DNA of 64,000 nucleotides, from assembly GCF_009914755.1 (NCBI RefSeq), contig NC_060940.1. One strand, written 5' to 3'. The translations under genes were made by a program, and so were the position numbers. Under the pieces are notes generated by a model that searched no databases, was not told where the DNA came from, and saw nothing but the letters and a program-made list of their open reading frames with translations. The stretch is from the human T2T-CHM13v2.0 reference genome, Homo sapiens. This document shows, in pieces, positions 52,379-64,000 of this stretch (position 1 is the stretch's first letter; each line of letters opens with the position of its first letter).

Positions 52379-53619
52379 TTTTTTTTGGTAATAACAATTT
52401 TAAAAAGTGAAATACTTAGATGTAAATCTAAGAAAACATATAAAGGACTTGTAGGTTGAAAACTACAAATAAATAGAAAAACATATTGTGTCCATGGATG
52501 GGAAGACTCAGCCTAGCAATGGTGTCATTTCTCCCCAAATGAATATGCAGGTTTAACTATAAAAATCTCAGAAAGATGTTTCTATATAGAAAAGATTATT
52601 TTAAAATTCATATGGAAAGACAACTAGAATAGCTGTAACAATTTTGCAAAAGAACATTGTGTGAAGAATCAGTCTAACTAGTTTCAAGACTTAGAGATAA
52701 CAATCAAGATAGTATGGTATTCATGGGATAATAGAAACATATCAATGGAACAAAATAGGAACCCAGAAATAGAGCCACATAAGTATGCCCAAATGATTTT
52801 TGACAAAGTTGCAAAAGCAATTCAATGGAGGAAAAAACCAGCCTTATGACAAATGCTGCTGGAGAAATTGACAATCTATAGACTAAAGAACAACCTGAAC
52901 CTAAGCCTCACATTTCATATAAAAATTAACTCATAATAATTCACAGAATTCAATGTGAAATGTAAAACTATAAACAAATTTTAGAAAAAACACTGGGGAA
53001 AAACTTCCAGATCTAGGGCTATGGAAAGGGCTCTGAGACTCAACACCAGAAACATGATCCATGAAAGGAAAAAGTGCTAAATATGATCTCATCAAAATTA
53101 AAAACTTTTGCTCTGTAGAAGACCACGCTAAGAGGATAAAAAGGCAAACTACAGAGTGGAAGAAAATAGTCTAGTTAGAGAACTCTTAAAACAACAGTAA
53201 AAAAGCATATACTCCAATTAGAACACAGGCAACAGACATGAAGATATTTCACCAAAGAAGATATACAGATGCAAATAAGCACTTGAAAAAATATTAGGCA
53301 TCATTAGCCACAAACCACTGGGGAAACACAAATTATAACCACAATAAGACATCCCTACACATCTATCAGAATGGCTAAAATTAAAAATAGCGACACCATC
53401 AAATGCTGCTCAGGATGCAGAGAAACTGGATTACTCAAACATCACTGATAGAATGTAAAATGGTACAGCAACTCTGGAAAATAGTTTGGCATTTTCTCAA
53501 AAACACTAAACATGCAATTACCACACAACCCAGCAATTGCATTCCAAGGCACTTATCTTAATGAAATGAAGATTTATTTTCTCCTTAAACAACAATGGGT
53601 ACAGGAATGTTTAGAGCAG

Positions 53620-53868
53620 CGTAGTGGGTTGAAGGGTGGGGTTCCCAAAAAGATATGTCCACATCCTAATTTCTGGAAACAAGGAATGTTACTTTAGTTG
53701 GAAAAAAAAAGGTCTATGCGGATATAATTAAGAATCACGAGATAAAGAGATCATTCTAGATTATCCATCCAGGTGTGCCCTAAATACAACTGTCCTTATA
53801 GCACACAGGGGACATTTGACAGACAGATGACAAGGTGATGTGAAGACAGAGGCAGAGTCTAGAGTCAC
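53620..53868 (+). mobile_element. MLT1C-like MaLR LTR fragment
   Basis: gtagtgggttgaa...cccaaaaagatatgtccacatcctaat...atgtgaagacagaggcagag. Confidence 0.85.
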
Positions 53869-54381
53869 AACAATAACAGGGAAAAGGCTATTGATACACA
53901 CAAAAATCCTGAGAATTATACAGAGTTTTAAAAAAGCTAATCCCCAAAGATTAATACTGTATGATACATAACATTCTTGATAGGACAACATTATAAAAAC
54001 AAACAAGAGATTAGTAGTTGCCAGGAATTAAGGAGAGTTGGGGCAGGAAGGAAGTGGGTGTGGCTGTAAAAGACAATACAAGAGATCCTTGAAATAATAA
54101 AAATGTTCTGTATCTTGACCATATTAATGTCTACATCCTGGTTATATGTACTATAGTTTTGCAAAATGTTATCATTGGGGAAAACTAGATAAAAGATACA
54201 CAGTATTTTCTGCAAATTATTTCTTACAATTGTGAACCTACAATTATCTCAAAATAAAAAATCTAATTTAAAAAAGTGATCAGCTGAGTGGAGGAATAAA
54301 TAGTATGAAGTAGAAATTAACTTAAAAAATCAAGTTAGAAGGTAACTGTCATCTTAAACATGCCAATGCACCCTAAGATAA

Positions 54382-54789
<408 letters not shown>

Positions 54790-55814
54790 AACATCTCTTT
54801 TTCTTACTCTTCTCTATTTGTCTGCAGTATTACAAAATGAAATCAAGATGGTGCTATAAAAGTTCCCCCTGCAAACCACTCCAAACTCCCTTCTATAACT
54901 GACACCAATGCCAGTTTCTTTTCTCTCAGAAATTGTTTTTAACTTTTATTTTCATATTGAATTAGAAGAATGCTTCACCTCTTTTTATCTGTATTTCACT
55001 CAAAAGTCCAGGTTATTTTAAACCTCAAAATCCAGTTCTAATCCAGTTTACATTTACTCCTTTATTTGCACTTAACCAGTGACCAAGCATCTATATACAG
55101 TCTATTTAACCTTGATAGTTTTTAATATCTATATCCATCATGCCACCAATAAACAAATTACGTGTCCTAATTTCCAACTTTAGTTTCATATTAGGATCCA
55201 AGTACCTTAGTAAATGTCCTAATGCTTTCATCAACCATTTGCATTTTCTTGAACATCAGCAGTTTTGTAACATAAAGTCAGACCACAAACCTAAAATGTA
55301 GGTCACAATGTCTCCTTTCACAATGTGTCATGAAAATTTAACTACTTCAGGATAAAGACCAGGTGCCACATTCTTTCGTTTTTGTTAAAGGTTTTAACAC
55401 TCCTGGTAATCAAGGCTTTTTTTTTTTCTCCCAAAGTCATAAATTGACTGATTATTCCTTCACAATTCTCGTTTCAACTGTAAAACTTTTATGTCTAGCT
55501 GAATGTAACCGCTCCTTTTCTTGTCTCCCTATATCCAAAATCTTTTCATTTTAAAACTGACTGCAAACTAAGGTCAGATACATTTTTTAATACATTACTT
55601 TTAAAACACAGATAAACATACACACTTGTGTGTGTGCATTTTCATTATAACATTGCTACTTGAAGACAGTCAATTTTTCATTTGCTTAAAACAGTGTTTT
55701 TCAAAGGAAGCACTATTTTTGGAAGCACTGGTTCCGGTCATGACTCTAAGTCACAATATAAATGTATCCTGTGAAGCATGGTTAAAAAGAAAAAAATTGA
55801 AAAACAATGGCCTA

Positions 55815-56290
55815 AAGAATATGGTCTAATTTGCTACACCTGACATTCAAGACCTATGCTAATCTTGCCTGTAGCTACCAATATATCCTCATTGTCTACG
55901 ACTTGCTTCACAAATCCACTGCACCTCTCAAATTGATTCACTTGCCCTATCTTAAAACATATTCCATGCTTTCCCAACCATGTCTTTTTGCAGATATGCA
56001 ATAAAGATTTCACTAAATGTATAATGAGGGGAAAAGGACAAAATAGAACCCTAAAAACAAGTCTATCAGAATTTTACCCCAACAAAATGCCTACCTCTCA
56101 ACGAAATTTTTTCTTACCCCAACAGAGAAGGCATTGTTCCTTTATCTGAAATCTTGCAATACTTGCTCTCTTTTCTTTTCTTATGGTGATTTTGTGATAC
56201 CTTTTATTGTTAATGATCTGTTATCATTTACCCTTATTGTAATGTAAGTACCTCAAAAATTGATATCATGCCTTATATATTTTTGTTTAA
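55815..56290 (+). mobile_element. Degenerate L2 fragments
   Basis: cctgacattcaagacc...catgctttccc and aatgtaagtacctcaaaa...atcatgccttat resemble the L2 3' region. Confidence 0.5.
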
Positions 56291-57131
56291 TAAAATAATG
56301 CTATTTTAAAACTTATGATAAATTTAACTAGTATCTAGCTTAAGAAAGAAAAAATTAAAGCTAAAACTGAACTATCCTATAACAGTCTTCTCCATCCCAA
56401 TTCCTTCCCCTACAGAGATAACCATTATTCTAAATTCCCATGGATGTTTCTTATACTTTTATTAAATATATAACTACCTCTGCATTTTAAAACTTAATTA
56501 ATGACATCCCAATGTAAATATTTTGTTACTGGCTTACTTTGCTCTACATTGTTTATGGTATTTGTTCACGTTGATGCAAACAATTCTAGTTCATTCATTA
56601 ATTTGGCTATGTATTACTCTTTTACATTAATCCATCATAGGAGATTTATCAATTCTTTTGATGGACAGTTTGTTTCCAATTATTCATTCTTACAATGATG
56701 TAACCAATATTCTTATACATGTCTCTGTGCATAAGTATGAGAATTTCCTTTGAGTAATACCTAGATTTGCTCTGCTGTAGGGTATGAGCATTTTTGGCTT
56801 CAGTGCATGTTACCAAAATGCTTTCCCAGTCTCTGGATTGTATTGTCACTTTTTACAATGTATTCCAATAAGCAAAAAAAAAAAAAAAAAAAAAAAGTTA
56901 ATTTCTTAAAAAGGTATAGTTATATTAACTTTTTAGAGTTATGATTCTACTTGTGTTTTCTAATTACTCTTGACTCAGTTTGGAAAAGTTTTATTTTTCT
57001 GGAAAATTGTCCACTTCAGCTAAGTTTTCAAATTTATTGGCATGAAACAATTTATGCCCACCAGGGGATGTTTTCTGAGCTCACCTAAAAATTAGATTCA
57101 TATAACTATTAATGGCCATGCTTCACATAAA

Positions 57132-57428
<297 letters not shown>

Positions 57429-59215
57429 ATGAATTCTTTTTTAGCAGAATACAGGTCAGGATACACAGCATATTGACAAGGCAATGTCAGACATTCTTCT
57501 TAAGTAGGAGCAGTCATCACAACAGGCCACACCGCCACCAAACAGCATAGCTTCTAGTCACTACACTAAGATTTCCTACCAGGTATTACTAGCTTATTTA
57601 CAACCCTCCCAGGCCAAAGCAATTTACCCAAGAAGTGTCATTTTTAACATAAGCAACAGTGCCTGGTGAACAGCTCACATTCCAAAAGTCAGCTGCCATT
57701 ATTATTTGCAACTCCAGGGGAAATGAGAAAACAGGTTTCCAGGGGAACAGAGCTAGGTAAATTGTATTCCCTTACGTTTTTAAATAATTAGTTTTCTTTA
57801 TCAATTTTGCTTCGTTTGTCTATTAGTCTTTTCAAAGAACAATTTTTAAATTCTATCTTGTTTTTTAATTCTTCAATTTCTGCTCTATATTTGCTTTTTT
57901 TTTACTTTCTTTAGGTTTACTCTTTGAGTTGAGCATTTAGCTATGTATTTTACTCTAAGTACCTCCTTAGCTTCATCCTACAATTTTAAAAATAGTGCAT
58001 TTTTAATACTATTCCATTCTAAATATTCTCAAAGTTCTATTATAATATTTATTTTTGATTCATGAGTTTAGAGGTGTGTTTCTAAATTTTTCCAGGCTAA
58101 GGGGTGCTTTTGAGCATCTTTCTATTTTTCATTTTTAATTTTGTTGTATTATGTTTAGAGATATCAAACTGATTTTTAAGGCTTTATTGAGACTTGCTTA
58201 GTGCCCTAGTACGGTTAAGTTCTTACAAATACTATACATTTATTTGAAAAGTATATTCATTAACTATTGGATTAACTGCACTACATCTATCCCTGAGATC
58301 ATATTGTTATTTTTTTCAAATCTTTTCCAGCCTTACTAATAATTTGTATGCTTGAGTAGTTATTTAGAGAATGATATTCAATTTCTCATTATGGCTACAG
58401 ACTTGTCATTTTATTCTTCTAATTCTGTCCATTTTTGGCCTCGTTAATAAGTCTTTCTTACATATTGTCTTTGGAGTTTTCATTTTGTAATTTGCAGTAG
58501 TGTTGTTTTCCTCTAATAAAGCTATGTTAGACCCAAATAACACTGGGTCTAACAAAATATTATATTAGCTTTCTTTTTATTAGTGTTTGCCTCCTTTTTT
58601 AACTTTTAATCTCTGTGCCCTAATGTTTCGCGCATACCTGTTATAAGTAAAATCTAGGTAAATTTTTAAAAATCTGACAATATTAGTTTTTAGTTTGGTA
58701 AATTAGTGTATTTTACATTTTTGAAAACTGATATTTGGGTGTTTTTCTATCATCTTATTTTTGCTTGTTATTTTACTTTTTCTTAGAACTTCCTTGTCCT
58801 TTTCTGCCTTCCATTAACTTGAGGTTTTTTTCCAATTTAAATTTTTTTTATATTGAGTATTGAGGGAATAAAAAAGAACATCTACAAAATATATGAAAGC
58901 TATTCCTTTCTCTTGATTTTAATACTGTGATTAAATACAGTAATCAATTTATTAATATTAGATGAATCTTGTAAAAATTGAGAGATATGTCAAACCTTTT
59001 CCAAATAGGTTGGTGGCAAACTTGTCTCCTTTTAGTTCTGTCAGTTTTTACTTTATTTATTTTTACACCCTCTTATTATGTGCATTTTGAAATATCTTAT
59101 CTTTCTAGTGAAAAGAACTTTTATACTTACATGACGGTCTTTATCTTAAGTTTTAATTCCAGTCACTCTATACCCTCATTATAGGTTTCTGCTCTCATAA
59201 ATGTTAGCTCTACTT

Positions 59216-59518
59216 TTTTTTTTTTTTTTTTTTTGAGACAGAGTGTCCCTTTGTCGCCCTGGCTGGAGTGTGCAGTGGTGCTATCCCAACTCACTGCAAC
59301 CTCTGCCCACTGGGTTCACGCCATTCTCCTGCCTCAGGCTCCCAAGTAGCTGGGACTACAGGTGCGCACCACTACGCCCGGCTAAGTTTTGTATTTTTAG
59401 TAGAGATGGGGTTTCACCATGTTGGCCAGGCTAGTCTTGAACTCGTGACCTCAAGTGATCTGACTTCCTCAGCCTCCCAAAGTTCTGGGATTACAGGCGT
59501 GAGCCAACATGCCCAGCC
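59216..59518 (-). mobile_element. AluS with Y-like positions in the right arm
   Basis: Full dimer; TSD tctactt. Confidence 0.93.
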
Positions 59519-61211
59519 TCTACTTGTTTTTAACAACACAATATTTTACTAGTATCGTCTTGCACAATTTTCTTTAGATTTATACACCATTTTACCATTT
59601 TGTCTATGTCTCATTCATTCTTACATTTCAGATCTTCCACTTGAAATTACTCTCTTTTGCCTAAAGTATATATTTTCTGAATTTTCTTTAGCAAAGATTG
59701 GCTAGTATCAAATTGTCTCCATTACTAATATCTAAAAATGTCTTTTTTCTCTTCTTGTTTTCATAAAATACTTTTGATGAATTCTGGTTGACAGTTGTTT
59801 TTTCTCAGTACATTGAGGATATAATCCCATAGTTTATCAGCTTCTACTGTTTGTGTCAAGAAATTGGCTGTCAGTCTAACAGCTGTTTCTTTGATGATAA
59901 CCTGATTTTTTTTTCCCCTTGGCTGTTTTTAAAATCTTCTCCTTGATCTTACTGTTTTATAGTTTCACAGTGATGTTCCTGGCAGTTAATTTCTTTATTT
60001 CTCCTTCTTATGATTCGATTGAGATTCTTGAATTTGTAGATTAGTGCCTTTCAGAAAAGTTGTCAGCCATTATCCCTACTCCATTCTTTGTCTCTTCTCC
60101 TAAATTTTGATTAGTCATAATTTAGATTTTTTCATTTCATTTCCCATGTTCCTTAATCACTTTGACATTTTCCATATATTTGTTACAACATTCCATTACA
60201 CATTTCTTCAGATATATCTTTTAATTCACATAGTTTCCCTTAGCTGTTTCTTATCTCAGTTAAACCTGTTCTTGGAGCTTTAAATTTTAGCTATGGTAGT
60301 TTAATTACTAGAAACTGGTTTTTCTTCAAATCTATTTGCTGCTGTTTTCAAACCTCTCCTTTATTCTTAAAACATTTTAAGTAAATTTACTTTAAAATTC
60401 TTGGCTTGAGGATTTTCAGACCACAAGTAGTATGTATAGGGATACAGACCCATGCTATATCTGGTTTGTGGCTATGAATTTTCAGGGGCTGTATCTGCTC
60501 CCCCCTAGTGTCTGCCACCCACATACTCACAACCTCTCCATAGAGCACTATATTTAAATATAGCCATTTTCCTTCCAGTCTCTTGAGGACATGGGTATAG
60601 GATGGGTTTATTTTTAGTTCACTCTTACATTGATATTCTATCCCTTTTGGTTCTCAGCTTTAAGAAGACATTTACTTGGGAAGTTCCTGGATTTCAACTC
60701 CTGTTTCTTATTCTCTGGAAAATCATAAAAACCAAACTTACAGTTAACTCACTTTAGCAAATGTCTTCAAGGTGAAAGCTGACTGCAGTGTTTTGCTTGC
60801 CTGACTTAGGTCTTGCTTTCATTTAGTTTTAGGTTTGAATTTCCTTTATTTTCTAACCAACTCATGAATATAATTAAGTTTTTTTAAGTCTTATTCATTA
60901 TTTTTAATATTTTACTGGGAAGTTGGCGTTAGTACTTAGCCACATTGCCAGAAATAAAATTAATCTCCTAAATATTCTTAATTCTTATATTTTCCCTTTA
61001 TACTGGTTTGAAAATTACACATTGGAATTTTAATTTTTAATAGATACACTTAAGCTTTTACCATTGAAAACTGATTTAAATCCCAATGTCAATCCTATAT
61101 CTTCCTTCCAAAGAATACAAGGAATTTCAGACTCTTAAAGCAAAGTCTTCCTCCTTTCCACATGGTATTCTTGTCCAGTATTTTAGTTTCACTCCTATTT
61201 TCCCTTTACAT

Positions 61212-61632
61212 TTTTTATTTTAAAATAATTGGATTCATAAAAAGTTTCAAAATTAATACAAGGAATTTCAAATATCCAGTTTCCCTAATGGTTACATCTT
61301 AAATAGCTATGTAAAATGCCAAAACCAGGAAACTGACATTGATATGACATTTTTGTATAATTCTACGTCACTTTATCACATATGTAGATTCATATAACCA
61401 CCACTACAATCAAGATACAGAATGTTCTGTCATCATAAAGTACTTTCTCATGCTATTCCTTTATACTCACCCCCCTACTCCTTTCTGACCCACTTCTACC
61501 TACCATCCTTAACACTGGCAACTACTAATGCTTTCCTTCAATTTTGTCATTTTGAAGATGCTATATAAATGGAATCATACTTTAAGTAGCCTTTTGGGAT
61601 TGGCTTTTTTGTGTGTGTGCTCAGTATAATGC
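61212..61632 (-). mobile_element. L1MC-type 3' end
   Basis: ccagtttccctaatggttacatctt...aaaaccaggaaactgacattgat...accactacaatcaagatacagaa. Confidence 0.82.
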
Positions 61633-62964
61633 TCTTTATTTTCTAGGCTCATTCTATTATTTTAAGTACATTCTTTAGTAATTCTTTCACAGAGTCTATA
61701 AGTTAGTGGACTCTTTCACTTCTTGTTTGTTCTGGAAATGTCATTATTATGCCCTTATTCTTGAATAATACCTTAGGTGGAAATATATATCAACTGGGAA
61801 AAGAGAAACGATTCCAGGTATTTAAAATTAAAAGGTATCTTGCTACAGAAATTTAGGTGCTACAAACTGTAAGAAATATTCTCAATCACTTCTTCATCAA
61901 ATATTCTCTCTCCTTCATTCTTCCATGGTCTTCATCTATAACTCTTAGTAGATGTATGTTGAACTCCATATCATATTTTCTATTTCTATAACTCTGTACT
62001 GCCTTCAGGATAATTTCCTCAAATTTATCTTACAGTTGTTAATTCTCTCTTCACTGGCCATATTTTTCATTTTTTAGATATTCTTCTTTTTTTTGCTTAT
62101 TCATTTTGCTTAAAAATAGCCTGTATTTTAATATTTATATTATGTGCTCAATTATCAGAAGTTAATAGAGGATAATACTGGTATATATTGGTTCTACTGA
62201 TTCTTGTTCATACTGGCTGTTTCCTTGCATATTTTATAACTTTCAGAAAGTGAGCCCATGCTAAGCAGTGGATTTTCTGAGGGAATACAGCGTAGCCTGG
62301 GTTGAGAACACACCCTTTTAAAATGGCTTTTGTCTTAAGTTTCTGTAAGGCACCTTAGGAGTATTAACATTCAGTAACTATACGTTGGTTGATTTCCCAG
62401 TGTATAGAACTAGTCAGGAGTATAAATTTAAACCTCAAACCTAAAAAGGGTATGCCTATGATTATGATCAGAAATTCATGGGGAAGCTTTTAAAATTTTC
62501 CCCACTTAGACACTGGGCCCAGGTTGAGAAAAAAATCTTCCTTGTGGTCTGTCTCTGCTGAAAAGCAGATGTTTTGTTTCTGTTTTTAATATCCTGTTAT
62601 TTGATAATGCTCCTAGGGTTCCTGCTTAATACTGGTGTTTCATTTCTAACTCTGTTCACCATGTAGGCCCCAGATCTTGTCTCCAAATCTTGACTGGCTA
62701 TTAAATCTATATCCTTGGGCCAAGACATCCCACCATCCCATTCTCATGGTAGTCCATGTCACTACTCATGCTTCCCACTCTGTTTTTTAAACCCTATATA
62801 TTTTCAGGTCTTAAGATTTTTCCTTACTTTCTTGTAAGCACAGCTATACAACCAAAACGATATTTGTTGCATATTATAGTATTTCTAAATATGTAGTAGT
62901 ATGAGAGTTTTCAAGTTAATACTAAGTTGCCTGTCTAGGAATTCTCTATTAAATCTTTTTATTT

Positions 62965-63043
62965 GTCACATAGCCCATGGCACAGCATCTGCTAGGCAGC
63001 AGTGTATCATAAATGTGATGAGTGACTGGTTGAATGAATGAAT
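62965..63043 (+). mobile_element. L2 3' terminus
   Basis: ggcacagcatctg...ataaatgt...ttgaatgaatgaat tail. Confidence 0.6.
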
Positions 63044-64000
63044 TACCATTCTTTATCAGCATTCATTTCCTTCATTAATTATTTTTCTCCAACTCTGATT
63101 TCCCAAATTCCTCATAAATTTGTGAATGACATATTTTATGGACTTCATTTAGACTAACATAATTTTCTCACATTAACTATTATACCAGTCATGGTAATAA
63201 TCCTGCATTCAGTTTGTTCCCTTCTATTTGCCCTACGTGGACCTGTTGGTCCTCTTTTTACCATGAAACTCTTGCTATGTCATTTTATTGCCAAGAGGTT
63301 TGCAAAAATCTTATTTTGGTCATTTTTATCGTCTTAAACTCTTTTCTTCTTTCAATAGTTATATTCAACTGCATTTTCCACTAAATAAGGCACTGGCAAA
63401 TGTGGGTAGCACATAAGATGATTCTTAATTATTGACTGCTGTTATATTCTGCTTTATTCTTATAACTTATTAATTTGAGGAAGATTTACATAAAAATTTG
63501 TTTTAGTTTCCAGAAGGAAATATTAGAATATTAATAAATATTATACATATAAAAATATATCTAAATAATAAAATAGAAATTGCTCCATATATACTTCTTT
63601 CATCATATTTCTACCATCTTCACAGGCATTAGAAATATACCATATATTTACTAAAATATATACATGCCATCTAATTATGCAATAATTTCTTTCATATTTA
63701 TATATGTATAAAACAAAATTCACAGGTATCTTCTCTCCTTTACACCTCAACACTATTGTATGTCTTCAGTAAAATTTCTGTAAACCTGAGTATGATGTCA
63801 AGAACTCAATGGACATTTAATAAATATTCATTTGTGACAATCATGATAACCTCACACAGGGCTTTGAAAGTGATTTTCAGAAATCATCAGCTATTCTTTC
63901 ACATAGATTAAAAAACCTTCCCCCAGAAGAGATGATTGCCTTTCAATCATAGAAGAAAAAAATACAGCAAAAACAAGTGAGATAGTGTCTTTTTATTTTT

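Larger units (their letters stand above)
50392..54275 (+). mobile_element. L1MC (L1MC1-like) ORF2 3' part and 3' UTR, with nested Alus and MLT1
   Basis: ORF2 remnant KSPGPEYFTEEFYQTF; ttatttgcagatgacatgatt (FADD motif); 3' end ctacaattatctcaaaataaaaa. Confidence 0.88.

Noticed and set aside
56874-56896. Orphan poly(A) run as a processed-pseudogene tail
   Set aside because: No upstream mRNA-like body or TSD; it lies within degraded L1.

Overview
Primate (almost certainly human-type) AT-rich non-coding genomic DNA, intronic or gene-desert in character. I found no supportable protein-coding gene, RNA gene or CRISPR array. The ORFs in the track are chance frames or Alu, L1 or Tigger remnants. 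More than half of the window is interspersed repeat: about 17 Alu pieces, a near-complete Tigger1, and a 14.7-kb nested L1 complex (a full-length old L1 with TSDs that contains a second full-length L1MA-type element, an L1PA fragment and Alus). It also holds an L1MC, MaLR LTRs, hAT MITEs, MIR and L2. Two repeat-free blocks (about 1-2300 and 44040-44460) look like deeply conserved developmental enhancers. The best candidate for something undescribed is a chain of minus-strand exon-like segments (48.8k, 44.2k, 40.2k, 15.1k, 7.9k). One coincides with the enhancer-like element and has stops in all frames, and the last two join in frame into a 45-aa ORF followed by AATAAA. This chain is inferred from splice signals only. 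Repeat subfamily names come from recalled consensus motifs, and boundaries of old elements are approximate. The locus could not be identified.
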